In this document: positions 53,138 to 64,000 of the stretch, one piece after another
How positions within the stretch are numbered: position 1 is the first letter of the stretch
Layout of the letters: each line of letters opens with the position of its first letter
From: Paraspadella gotoi
Lineage: Eukaryota > Animalia > Chaetognatha
Direction of reading: 5' to 3'
NCBI GenBank assembly: GCA_051294375.1
Contig: CM119267.1
Location: 1,123,601-1,187,600, forward strand
Length of the DNA stretch: 64,000 nucleotides
Made by a program: the position numbers and the translations under genes
The notes under the pieces: model-generated
Seen by the model: the letters and a program-made list of their open reading frames with translations, nothing else
The model's database searches: none
Told to the model about the DNA's origin: nothing

Positions 53138-56100
53138 GTCCCATAATCGAACCGTTCGACGACGAGATTCCGTTAGGAACTTCGTCACTCGAAAGCGTTA
53201 GAGGTGCTAAACGCGTCGTCATTCGTCTCATGGGTTACATGAGGTGAGGCGATTAGAGGGGTAAGTTTACAGTTGGCCATCTCAATGTTTAATTATTCTT
53301 TAATTACTATATTCACAACGAGACTAAATCTTTTAGAAATACCTCTAACCTCCTTATTCTTTAACAAGCAAATCGATCTCGAGTCTGACCTGTCACCTCT
53401 CTGCCGACAAAGCGAGGGATGCGGCCGAACTGACACCCGGCAACAAGCATTTTCGCGACACAATTGCCCAGTGTTACAAGCTTTGCTTTGAATATCACAA
53501 GGAGGCTACCAAGCTCGTCTCCCTCAATAGTTCTTTCAAGACTCAGGTCAGCGCGATAATAAACAAGGTAGTACATTAAATTAGTGTATTAAATCCTTTT
53601 ATTTGAATTGATTGATAGTTATTTATTTAATATCAGCTTTCGCAAAACCTTATCGCGTTGGCCAAGCAATGGATGTGTCACGTGTTGGAGGCTCACGAGA
53701 GAGGGCGTGGTTCACGTCCGCGATGGGCGGCGCAGGGGCTCGACTTTATCGCAGTGGCCATCGAACCCAGGGTGAGAGAGAAAGAGAGCGCAAGCGAGCG
53801 AAAGCTTACAAGTAGACATTCCATCAATTCTTTTTATCGAACCAGGACAGGCTTCGCCTGGTCCTGGCTCTATAATGTTTTAGGATTGCTTCTTTGTGAC
53901 GTAGTCGTCGTCGTCGTCGTCGTCGGCGTCACGCTGTTTTTATATAAAAACTACTGCGCTTTTATAGTTTTGGCTGGGATTTACCGTTTTTCTTTAAATA
54001 AAAATTATTATGAATTACAATGAAGTTTTATAAAAGTGTGCCATAATAGTAAGTTAAAAATTTAGATATGGCTTCTCATCTTGAAATAGCTGTGATATTT
54101 TCATATTAAATTTGGATTTAAGTATGTTTTGTTTGAATTTCCACTTCATTATGATTTACTGCAATATGCAAATTACTTTAAAGTACTCATTATAATATCC
54201 AAATTAGTATATAGAAATGCTTTAATCTAATTTACATATTGCAGTATATAATATTGAAGATGAAATTCAAAAATTTTTTTTTAAATCTATAATAAAAATG
54301 GGAACTCAAAATAACTTTTTAATGAGAAGCTATATCTTAATTTTAATACAAATAAAAATAAAATCTTTTACAAGCTGCGATTGGAAAAAATTGGAAAAAA
54401 TTTCCAATTGTAAACAATTGTAACATATTTTTGCCTTTCTTTTATTTCTTTAAATTATATATATATGTTTTTTTTTTTTTTTAGAAAAAATGAGTTCAGT
54501 CTCTGCAGTGACTGTACAGCGGCCTTCCAGCAGCTGTCCAGCTTTGTCTCTCTCTCTCTCTCGGTACGATCTCATGCCTGATCGTTCGTTTTTGAAAAAT
54601 TTCTGATTATTTTTTTCCTTCTAAAAACTTTTTTTTTTATTATTATTTTATTATTCTCTCGATATTTCTCTCTCAATCAACTCTGTCGCTCTCTCTCTCT
54701 CTCTCTCTAATTAACTCATCGCGTCAATAAATGACTATCATCGCATCAATGAATGATTATCATCGCATCAATGAATGACTATCATCGCATCAATGAATGA
54801 TTATCATCCGATCAATGAAGTACTATCATCACATCAATGAATGATTATCATCGCATCAATGAATGATTATCATCGCATCCATCATTTGGTTATCATCGCC
54901 TCAATCCTTTGGTTATCATCGCGTCAATATTTGGTTATCATCGCATCAATATTTGGTTATCATCGAAAGCAGGCTCGATCCCTATTGCTTTTAAGATTCT
55001 GTTGAAGTCGCCCCGCCCCCCCCACATAAGCCCTCGTAACTCGAGGTGCCAATATCGCGAAAAGTTATCAGAAAATAACGATAAAAAAACAAAAGAAACG
55101 AAGTTAAATGTAATGAAAACTGAGAGAAAACAAAAGACAAAAGTCCGTGCCGCTCTATCCTCTCCGCCGCGGCAGCAGCGCTCCCTGCCGCTGCAGGGCC
55201 AGTCCGGCCAACCCGAGGCTGCTGCGCCGGGGATGCATCACTTTTTCTTTTCGCGCCATATCGTGCACGTGTTAAAATAGTTATCTTTTAACGATTTTTT
55301 CGTTTTTTTCCTCAAATTTCTACGTTTTAACGAATTTTCTTACCGAGTTATTATGCCTTCTCACGAAAATTCAAAATCTCGGTCGAAATGACGGCGGTTC
55401 TGGAAATCCGCTCACCGAGATAAGGGGGGAGGTCCCCATTGACCGACCAGGATCGAGAGGCGGTGAGGAAGGACTACCTCCCGCCGCCCCCCCCCCCACC
55501 TCCAGTTTCGCCCGCGACAGTCTCGCTTCCTGTCCTCCGGCGCCGGGGGGGCTCCCCGCCTGAATCTGCAGCCTCGCTGCCCGGCGTTCCGTCGGGAGGG
55601 ATTGACGAGCATATGAGAATCTTCATGGCTGATTTCCGTAAGGCTTTGAAGCAGTCCGTCAGGATTTTGGCTCAGTCCGCAAAGATTTAGACTCAGTCCG
55701 CCAGGACTTTCGTAAGGAGATTGGCGAGCTTCGTCTGTGCAACTCGTCTCGACTTGGGAGGATATTCGTGGCGTGAGTTTTTTTGTGATTTTTTTCACCC
55801 TCGGTGGGGAGTTAGTGTCGTCGTTTCGCTTAGCGCCCTCTCTCCCGTTATTTTGTTTCTTCTTTTTTCTCCGCTCCCTTTTTGCTCTTTTGTCTCGACC
55901 CCTTCTCTCCTCTTGGGACAGGGCTTATGTGGGGGGGCGGGGCGACTTCAACAGAATCTCTAATTCCTTTATGGAATATTGATTCTTTGTCGCCCCGCCC
56001 CCCCCACATACTCCCACCATCCTCCCCTTTATTTCACACCGCCCTTGTATGTGGGGGTGGAGAGTTTTCGGCTCTCGTTTGAGAGATGGTTATTTTTACG

Positions 56101-59100
56101 GGAAAATTTTTTTAGTGTTTTCCTTTGAGAGCAAAGGGGGGCGGCGGGTGAGAGGGGAGGGTTGTTTTGTTGGGGATTATTTCTAATCCGTACGTTTAAC
56201 CCTTTTTTTATTTATGTGCGATTCTTTGTCGTCCCCGGCGTCGTCACTTCTCTCCATCCTCCTACGCTCGTTCCATCTCCTACTCATATGCTCGCCCAGA
56301 GGCCTTCCCCGTGCTGGCCATGCCTCTGCTCCTCGTTCCCGGGATGGCTCTCCTCCACGTCCGCGCCATTCTTTTCCGGATCCGGATGCTGCCCCCTCCT
56401 CCGCAGAGGAGGGCGAGGCCTCCGACGATGACTCTGGCGACGAGAATCTCGGCGTCTGCGAGAAATTCGTAATCGCACGTAAAGCCGCGCCCGAGCCTTC
56501 CCAATGGGTCCAGGACACGTGGCGCCATTTTCGCGGCATCAAGCCCTCCGGCGCTTTTCGTCGCGGCTGGGACGCTTTCTCCATCGCGAGCCGCACCTCA
56601 CGCTGGGTGGACACCGACACCCCAGCAGCTTTCTTGCCTCCAATGCGGGACCAATGCCTTTCGTCGCAGTTCAACGCCGCTCGTTTTTCCTCGTCGCTCA
56701 AAGCCCTTTATCGTCAGATGACCTCAGCGGGCGCGGCGGGTCACGCTGTTCTTGCTACCGTCGAAGAGCTCAATGCCCTTGTTGAGGATATCAATCAAGG
56801 CGTCCCTCGCGAGGAGCTCAAGGCTCGCGCATNNNNNNNNNNCTCCCCTCTTCGTGATGTTGCAGCTCTTCAGGCTGCATCCTTCAACGATGCTTTTGCC
56901 GAGGTTCGACGTGGAGTTTCGGCGGCTGCTTCGACGGACCTAAGGGCGTCTATCGCGGACGCCGCCCCTTCCGAATCCTCCTTTTTTGGCAACCCCACGG
57001 AGTGCGTTTCGGCTGCTTTTCAGGCCTCCTTGGTGCGTCAGCAGGCCTCCCGTCCACGTTTTCAACAGGATCGTCGCCCGTCCTTCAAAGCCAAGTCTGC
57101 TTTCAAAGGAAAAAAGGGCGGCAAGAAGCCTTATCAGGCCAAGCGTTCGGGAAACGGGGAGGAGCGGGGCAACCGCTCCACCAAGTGACGGGCTCCTGCG
57201 GNNNNNNNNNNGTTGCCTCGTCCGACTCTTCCTTCCGTTTCGATTCGTCCAACATCGCCGCCTCAGACTCCATCTTCAGACTGGTTCGCCGCCCCCGCCC
57301 CGTCGCTTCTTCCGCAGTTTCCGGTCGGGGGCCGCCTCGTCCACTTCCTCCCCTTCTGGAAGCGTCTCGTCGGCGACAACTCCCCAATCCTCGAAAACGT
57401 CTCGGGATTTCGCATCGCCAATGCCGACAGGATTCCAGTTCGTCTTCCTCGCCCTTCGGACGAGACTCCTTCTTTCGGCGAGAGAGATGCGGAAGTGGAG
57501 GAGGAGATTCAGGCGGCTCTGGAGAAGGGCGCCATCGAAGAGGTCAACTCCTCTCCGGGGTTTTATTCGAAGGTCTTCCTCGTGCCGAAGAAAGACGGAG
57601 GATGGCGTCCCATCCTCAACCTCAAGCGCTTGAACGCCTCTTNNNNNNNNNNTCCCTATTTTCGGATGGAGGGCGTGGCCGATGTGAGGAAGATGTTTCG
57701 CAAAGGGGATTGGGGCGCCTCCATCGATTTGAAGGACGCCTACCTCCATCTTCCTCTCCACAAGGACCATCGTCGTCTTTGCCGCTTCATTTGGAAAGGC
57801 CGAATTTTCCAATACAAAGTTCTCCCTTTCGGCCTCGCGACAGGTCCTTTCCTTTTTACAAAGACGACTCGTCCCCTTGTCCAGTGGCTCCGCGAAAGAG
57901 GAATACGATGCCTTTTTTATCTGGACGACATCCTCATTCTGNNNNNNNNNNGGGAGGAGTGCCTCTTAGCGACAGAGAAAGCCTTCCTCCTGCTTCGGGA
58001 GGCAGGCTTCATCATTCACCTGCGGAAATCGAACCTCTGCCCGTCCCAACGCTTCGAGTTCCTCGGGTTTTTCTGGGATGGTCTCAACCACTCCATTGTA
58101 CTTCCGGAGAAGNNNNNNNNNNCACTTCGATCCCTCTCGCTCTCTCTCCTCGACATGCCCCGTCCAACAGCGCGCCAGGTCCTTCAGCTTCTGGGACATG
58201 TCACAGCAGCCTCCATAGCGACCCCGCTCCTTCGTTGCAGAGCCACGAGAATTCAACACGATCTCCATTGTGTTTACCGGACGGAGGCGGATCTCAATCG
58301 CCCATCGCCTCTCTCTGCTCTAGCTCGGGAGGAGCTCAGCTGGATTGCGGCGCTGCTTCCGGAGGACTGCTGGGCGCCAATAGCGGATCTTCTCCCGGAG
58401 TCTTGTTCCTTGACAGTAACGACAGATGCCTCACAGGAGGGCTGGGGCATCCTCCATCAGGGGACGCTTCTTCGGGGGATATGGGAGGGTGCCGATGTCC
58501 CTCGCCATATCAATGTGAAGGAATTCATGGTCCTGATGATATTCCTCCAGCGATTCGGCTCCTCACTTCGCGGTTCATCGATTCATTGGAGGTCGGACAG
58601 CCAAGTCTCCCTCCTCTGCCTCCGCAGGACCTGCAGTCGCTCACCGGCTCTCCACGAGATCGTCCGCTCATCACTGATCCTCGCTCACTCACTCGGCATT
58701 CGTCTTACCGGAAGTCACGTGACCTCGGAGGAGAATCTTGTGACCGACGCTGCTTCGAGGGGGAAGAAGGTAGCGGATTGGCACCTTCTCCCACGTGTTT
58801 TTCGCCAGATCTCCGACGCCTTCGGCCCCGCAGAGATCGATCTCTTCGCGTCGGCCGACTCGACACAGCTGCCTCGGTTCTTCGCTTGGATGACAGGCGC
58901 GGGAGCAGAGGGCGTCGACGCTCTCGCTCAGATCTGGGACTTCGACCGCGCCTTCCTTTTTCCTCCCCCTCCCCTCCTCCCCAGCGTGATTCGGAAGCTG
59001 GAGGAGGCGAGAGGCGAGTTTCTCCTCATCACTCCCTTCTGGACGGCACAGAAATGGTTTCCGAGCCTCCTGCTTCTTCGGATCAAGGAGGTGCGCCGCC

Positions 59101-62100
59101 TCCCCATCCCGAGCAACCTCGTCATAGACCTCGCGACGGGCCTTCCCCCGCCCCAGGCGGACCACTTGAAGCTCGTCGTTTGGAAGATTTTCGGCGGTCG
59201 CACGGAATCGTCGAGGTCAACGACGCCACTTTCGGTGTCATCGCTGACAGCTGGAGGAGTTCCACTAGAAACCGTTACGCCAGAGCGTGGAAATCCTTTT
59301 GTGACTTCCTTCAACGTCGAGAAGTACGAGGACCTGAGGCCTCTCTAAAAGACGTTTTGGAATACTTAGGCCACTTGGCTGAGCAGGGCCTCTCCTATAG
59401 CACAGTTAATTTGCACCGCTCGGCGATCTCGACGACGATTTTTCTCAACGGCGCTCCAGCGGGCGAGCACCCGCTAGTTCGTCGACTTCTTAAGGGCGTC
59501 TTTGAACGACGCCCCCCTACACGTCGTCTTTTCCCCTCCTGGGATGCAGCGTCGATTCTTCGTATTTTCGATGCGGCGCCACGTCCATTTTCGCCTTTCG
59601 AAATTCTTCGCCAATCTCTTTTCCTTTTTGCGATGGCTTCAGCTCGTCGCCCGTCGGAGATTGTCTCACTTCGTTGTGACCCCGCCTACTTCGTTCTCGC
59701 GCGGGATCACGTTCGTTTAGTTCCATCCAAACTCTCCAAGACCGACCGGGTTGGACACCTTGGCCCGGCCTTTCGTCTGGATTCCCTTCCGGGCTCCCTC
59801 GCTGCCCTGTAGCAGCTCTACGAGCCTGGTTGTTCGTTCGCGACAAGATCTCTCCCGACCATCACGCGCTCTTCTGTGCCACGTCACGTCCCTTCCGTCC
59901 TTTATCGACGCAGCGTTTTGCAGCGATCCTCAAAGGCATTTTCCTTGAAGCGGACGTCGACGCTCCTCCGGGTTCAACGCGCTCCATGGCGGTTTCCGAC
60001 GCCTTCGCCCGCGGTGTGGATCTTGGCGTCATTCTCCGAGCGGGAGACTGGTCTGGCGCCCAGACCTTCTTCCGTTTTTATTGTCGGGACGTTTCGTGGG
60101 GCGACGCCTTTTCTGGTTCTCGGGACGAGTGATGCATCCCCGGCGCAGCAGCCTCGGGTTGGCCGGACTGGCCCTGCAGCGGCAGGGAGCGGCTGCTGCC
60201 GCGGCGGAGAGGATAGAGCGCACGGACTTTTGTCTTTTGTTTTCTCTCCGTTTTCATTACATTTAACTTCGTTTCTTTTGTTTTTTTATCGTTATTTTCT
60301 GATAACTTTTCGCGATATTGGCACCTCGAGGTTACGAGGGCTTATGTGGGGGGGCGGGGCGACAAAGAATCTCAATATTCCATAAAGGAATTAGAGATTT
60401 TTCATCTTAGGTTTTAGCGCGAGTGTCGCAGACGGAGTATGAATCAATCCAAAACCTGGTTAACCGATGCTTGTCTCACATCGCCGGCGATCAGACTGGC
60501 CTCCCGCGCAAGGAGCAAGTAAACAAGCAGCCATCGCCAAATTCTCCATTTTTAGGTTAGGAAATGTGCTTGTTTTTCTTGATTCAATTCACCCAAAAAA
60601 TTTGTTTTCACTCTCAGGTCAGTTAAGTTGGCCCGAATCTCTCTCCTCCAGCGGATACAACAGTCCGACTGTCCCGGCCTCTCCTGTTCTCCCGACGAGA
60701 TCGAGGTGACCTCTTCTACCTTTTAATTCATCATCTTCATTCAATATTTTTTATTCTTTCTCTTTCCATCCCGCCCCCTTCCCTCCCCCACATCCATTTT
60801 CAGATCCATCGCCTCGACGAGCTCCTTCTCCGCCTCCAAGGCGCGCCTCTCCTCTTCCTCCCTCTCCTACTCCGACGCGGAGGATTCCCCGGGCTGCGGC
60901 GGTTGCGGCGACGACGCGGCCGCACATCCCCTGACGCGGCTGCATTCGACGCCGACGACGCCGGAGACGCCGACGCCGCGTTTGTTGCCGAAGGATAGAA
61001 TCAGGCGCGTCGTGAGCAAATTGGAAGAGAAGAGGAATGAGAAGAGATTCGAAAAAGGGCAGATCGGTCGAGTCACTCAGAAGAAGATGGACCCCGTCAT
61101 ACAATACACGGGGAGGAAGGTAAGGTCTCATTTCCTATGCCTATTTTTAAACAATTGCTATTTTTAGAACTTTTTTTTAATTTCTCTTATTTCTTTACTC
61201 TTTATTATTTCTTTCTCAACTTTCCTTCAGGTAAATTTCCGATGGCAACGCGGTAACAAAATCGGCGAAGGACAGTACGGCAAAGTCTACGCCTGCGTCA
61301 ACATTGACACGGGAGAATTAATGGCGATGAAATGCATCCGTCTCAATCAATTGGATCATAAGACCATCAAGTCGGTCGCGGACGAGATCAAGATCATCGA
61401 GGGATTCGCTCACACGAATCTCGTCCGCTACTTCGGAGTCGAACTCCACTCGGACGAGCTCTTGCTCTTCATGGAGGTAAAAAAGAAATGTGGGAATTAA
61501 TTAATTAAATTAATTAATTTAATTAAATCTCGCTTGACCTTTATTTTTCAGTATTGCGGTGAGGGAACTCTGGAGGACGCGTCGCGCGGCGGCCAACTTC
61601 CAGAGTTGATGATCCGCCGCTACTCTCGGGATGTCCTTCAAGGAATCTCTTATCTTCACGAGAACGGAATCGCTCATCGGGACATCAAGGTTTTTTTTCA
61701 CTTTCTCATCGGGTTTTCTTGCATTTTATTAGCGGGAATATTTTCTTAACTTCTTCCCTTAACTTCATACGAGTCATAATGAAATTATGATCTGCAGGGC
61801 GCGAATATTTTCTTGACGCGCGGCGGTCGAATCAAGTTAGGAGACTTTGGTTGCTCTGCCAAACTTGAGTCGCACACGACGCAACCGGGAGAATTTAACA
61901 GGTTTTGTCTTGAGACCGACCGACTTTCCCAACGATTCACTTATTGATTTCAATTTAGCAACGAGCTCCCTTTTTCGCAGCATGGTGGGAACCGTAGCCT
62001 TCATGGCGCCCGAGATCATCACCAAGACGCGGGAATCGGGCCACGGGCGTCTGGCCGACGTGTGGAGCTTCGGCTGCGTCGTCATCCAAATGTGGAGCGG

Positions 62101-62305
62101 GAATCGACCTTGGTTCGATCTGGAGAACAACTACCAGATCATGTTCAAAGTGGGCATGGGCGCTCGCCCGACCTTTCCCGAGAACGCCTCCACCGAGCTG
62201 GAGGACTTTCTCGACCGATGCCTCCAACACGACGCCAAGGACAGGTGGACGGCCGATCAGCTGCTCGATCATTCCTTCACCAAAGTCTACACCGAACCCG
62301 ATTAA
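44924..62305 (+). CDS. MAP3K4: MAP kinase kinase kinase 4 (MEKK4), about 27 exons
   Basis: N-terminal blocks (LHDLVWLELLAW, LFLARVPLDVVHECLRLRL, FKEVRERAFK, GRGSRPRWAAQGLDF) and the kinase domain RWQRGNKIGEGQYGKVY..MAMK..HRDIKGANIFL..KLGDFG..GTVAFMAPE..ADVWSFGC. Confidence 0.95.
45040..45300. repeat. Degenerate about 60-bp tandem repeat in MAP3K4 intron 1
   Basis: About 4 copies of CAGTAGGATTAAGGATTTA.CAC.....GGGAAT. Confidence 0.7.
48145..48990 (+). mobile_element. HINE/Helentron-like repeat copy in a MAP3K4 intron
   Basis: Homologous to 4800-5760: same palindromic head, (CGT)n stretch and CT-rich body. Confidence 0.55.
49661..50093 (-). mobile_element. TG..CA-ended element with about 15-bp terminal inverted repeats and tRNA-like boxes; two tandem head units (a fragment also lies at 15502-15550)
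   Basis: GTAGTCGGGCATTGC at the left; GCAATGCCAGACTACA (ends 50093) and GCAATTCCCGACTACA (ends 49929) at the right. Minus strand has GGTGGCTCATTG...GGATTGATCCCC. Confidence 0.55.
53826..54990 (+). mobile_element. HINE/Helentron-like element carrying a 22-bp tandem array (about 54715-54965)
   Basis: T-run start, palindrome CCAGGACAGGC..GCCTGGTCCTGG, (GTC)n microsatellite and an internal TATCATCGCATCAATGAATGAY array. Confidence 0.5.
55333..57188 (+). CDS. DIRS Gag-like ORF1 (frameshifted in this assembly; apparently split around the ICR)
   Basis: The ATG at 55333 leads into a Pro-rich then heptad (VRQDF/VRKDL) segment. The second part, about 56300-57188, has an acidic SSAEEGEASDDD linker and a basic C-terminus and lies in the gag position. 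Confidence 0.55.
57213..59348 (+). CDS. DIRS Pol: reverse transcriptase + RNase H + adenine-methyltransferase-like domain
   Basis: FLVPKKDGGWRPILNLK, SIDLKDAYLH, LPFGL and YLDD (RT); TDASQEGWG, HINVKE, SDS and N..D..SR (RNase H); IDLFAS, DALAQIW, FPP and P.W...WF (MT-like). Interrupted by 10-N gaps. Confidence 0.93.
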   Translation: MPRPTLPSVSIRPTSPPQTPSSDWFAAPAPSLLPQFPVGGRLVHFLPFWKRLVGDNSPILENVSGFRIANADRIPVRLPRPSDETPSFGERDAEVEEEIQAALEKGAIEEVNSSPGFYSKVFLVPKKDGGWRPILNLKRLNASXXXXPYFRMEGVADVRKMFRKGDWGASIDLKDAYLHLPLHKDHRRLCRFIWKGRIFQYKVLPFGLATGPFLFTKTTRPLVQWLRERGIRCLFYLDDILILXXXXEECLLATEKAFLLLREAGFIIHLRKSNLCPSQRFEFLGFFWDGLNHSIVLPEKXXXXLRSLSLSLLDMPRPTARQVLQLLGHVTAASIATPLLRCRATRIQHDLHCVYRTEADLNRPSPLSALAREELSWIAALLPEDCWAPIADLLPESCSLTVTTDASQEGWGILHQGTLLRGIWEGADVPRHINVKEFMVLMIFLQRFGSSLRGSSIHWRSDSQVSLLCLRRTCSRSPALHEIVRSSLILAHSLGIRLTGSHVTSEENLVTDAASRGKKVADWHLLPRVFRQISDAFGPAEIDLFASADSTQLPRFFAWMTGAGAEGVDALAQIWDFDRAFLFPPPPLLPSVIRKLEEARGEFLLITPFWTAQKWFPSLLLLRIKEVRRLPIPSNLVIDLATGLPPPQADHLKLVVWKIFGGRTESSRSTTPLSVSSLTAGGVPLETVTPERGNPFVTSFNVEKYEDLRPL
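59190..60132 (+). CDS. DIRS tyrosine recombinase (1-nt frameshift near 59795)
   Basis: SWRSSTRNRY..W..F (SAM-like), ARRPSEI (Arg), SKT (Lys), CPV after correcting the frameshift, GSTR, GDWS and FFRFY (catalytic Tyr). Confidence 0.88.
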
Positions 62306-63445
62306 AGTTTTGGGGGGGGGGAATTGACTCGACGCCCCCGAAGAAGTCAATTGATTTGCTTTTCTTTTTGTTTTTCAATTTAGATTTTTGTTTTTTTGTT
62401 TGTTTTTTTTTCTTCTCGAATTCACTCACAAAGACAAATTTCACTTTTATTCTTCCCGTTTTTATATTAATGTTTTCGGTCTCAGTATTTAATTAGTTAA
62501 TTTATTACAGTAATCAATGTTTATTTTTTTTTTACGCACCTTGGATTGGTTCAGTGTTCCAAGCTTGGGAAATTGTTTCTTTTTAAACGACGTGTGTTGG
62601 ATTTTGTGTCGTCGTTGTTGTTGTTGTTGTTTAGACGCACCTAGTGATTCTAGTCAGGTGAATATCACCAGCTTTTTTTTATATGTATGATTTAACAGTT
62701 TATGACATGCTAATTAATTGATGTATTTATTACTTTTCGTAACTGATTTCAATCGAATCTCGGGTTTTTTGGAGATAAATCGTCGTGATTCCGTTTTGCA
62801 CAGAAAAAAAAGATCTGCATTTTATTTTCATTGATTTGTTGTGCTCCATAATTTTACCTGAAATTAGCTTCCAGGACTTTTAAGGGCTAATTTCTTTTTG
62901 GGCATTTTCTTATATATTTGAATTTTGCTAAAAGGGTAAAGGGATATTTTTATTTGTTTAAATAGTTAAACCTGATAAATGTTCATTGCTAAACATTGTT
63001 TAATGTTTATATTTTTTTTACTTTTAATACATTTTCTAGATTCAAAAGCCAGGTGTCAAGGCTTTTTCTTTATTCGTTTTCAGTGTTAATCGAAAAAAGA
63101 GAAAAATTTAAAAGTTTTCTGTATAAGTTAAGATCTACAATTTTCATTTTTGTTTAATCAGTGATTCAATAATCTCCGGCTAATGAAGTAAAAAGGTAAA
63201 CACACATAAGTGAAAAAAACATTAAACAAGTTTGCTCAAACTCAGACTACAAGGATTATCAAATAAAGAAAGTTAAACAACGAGGCTTAATAATTTCTTT
63301 GAAGCTCCATGTAAAACTCACTTCAATGTCCATTCATTGTTTGGCCAGAATGTCTAGGACAAAAACCTATCCCCCAGGATAGATAAAAAAAAACTCACTA
63401 AATGAACCTAATGAGTGAATCGCGATCGTCGGACGTAAGAGGAAG

Positions 63446-63737
63446 ATGCGACGGCTACTGGCGTCGCTGAGAAAACTCAACGAACATTTGATAGAGAATA
63501 ACGTGAAACGTTATCCCTTGATCGCCAACAGGTTTTGAACGGACAACGATGATGTGGAGGCTTTGAATGTACGGACCGACGGACATATTGATGACCCGAA
63601 CCCCTTTTTTTTTGTCAAGTCTTTTCTACGGAGGAATCTACGGCCTCTCAGATGTCTCCAATCAACTCGTGGTCAAACCCTTGGCGACGGGAAAACCCAG
63701 AGATGATTTCCACTTCGACTCCGCCTTCAGATTTTGG
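63446..63737 (+). CDS. Mpv17/PMP22-family membrane protein, first two exons (63446-63531, 63620-63737); continues past the window
   Basis: Spliced translation MRRLLASLRK..KRYPLIANSLFYGGIYGLSDVSNQLVV..DFHFDSAFRFW matches the Mpv17-like N-terminal pattern (YP...N......D...Q). The GT-AG intron is phase-compatible. Confidence 0.7.
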
Positions 63738-63740
63738 GTG

Positions 63741-63800
<60 letters not shown>

Positions 63801-64000
63801 CGGGTGGACGAGGCCGACTTTGGTTTAGGCCTCCATCCCTATTACAAGATAATCACATAGCAAGACTCTCTCGCAGACTAGCTTAGTATTAAAAATCTAT
63901 TAGTTTTTATCATGTATTAGTCCGAGGTCTAACCAGTCTTTTATTTATTAAAGGGGAGATAAGAGAAATTGTAATCCGAATCGGATCTAAAAAGGCGATC

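Larger units (their letters stand above)
54994..60399 (+). mobile_element. Full-length DIRS1-like tyrosine-recombinase retrotransposon in a MAP3K4 intron
   Basis: Inverted terminal repeats at about 55007-55242 and 60128-60363, ICR at about 55920-56010, AGATT at both ends, and gag-, RT/RNaseH/MT- and YR-coding regions. Confidence 0.95.

Noticed and set aside
56833-58122. Five regularly sized 10-N blocks inside the DIRS element
   Set aside because: These are assembly placeholders, not biology. They only make frame continuity uncertain.
59790-59815. Premature stop inactivating the DIRS recombinase
   Set aside because: Adding one C in a C-run restores the conserved CPV motif and the frame. Similar indels occur in host genes (ADCK2, MACROD), so a sequencing error is at least as likely.

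Overview
Compact, intron-rich genomic DNA from an invertebrate animal. Exons are GC-rich, introns are short and AT-rich, and frequent homopolymer indels and N gaps suggest a noisy assembly. I can reconstruct 13 host genes, ALL on the + strand: SIK3-like kinase (3' part), FANCA, a 1410-aa orphan ORF, ALKBH7, a BTB-domain protein, an LDLa-like/PPxY membrane protein, a 2-TM PPxY protein, a motif-divergent ADCK2, MACROD1/2, TRMU, an EF-hand rhomboid, MAP3K4 and the start of an Mpv17-family gene. Several intergenic gaps are only about 120-300 bp, and nearly every start codon is preceded by a splice-acceptor-like pyrimidine tract+AG with no evident upstream exon, which suggests operon-like polycistronic transcription with SL trans-splicing. 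Mobile DNA includes: (1) a full-length DIRS tyrosine-recombinase retroelement whose internal complementary region lies near the 5' end, apparently inside an intron of gag, instead of the usual 3' position; (2) about 255-bp solo-LTR-like elements with tRNA-type A/B boxes, 4-bp TSDs and structure-conserved hairpins (Helenus-like TRIMs); (3) a Tc1/mariner-type MITE; (4) HINE/Helentron-like repeats; (5) a CRE-like non-LTR fragment. Exon boundaries were read by eye and are approximate where stated.
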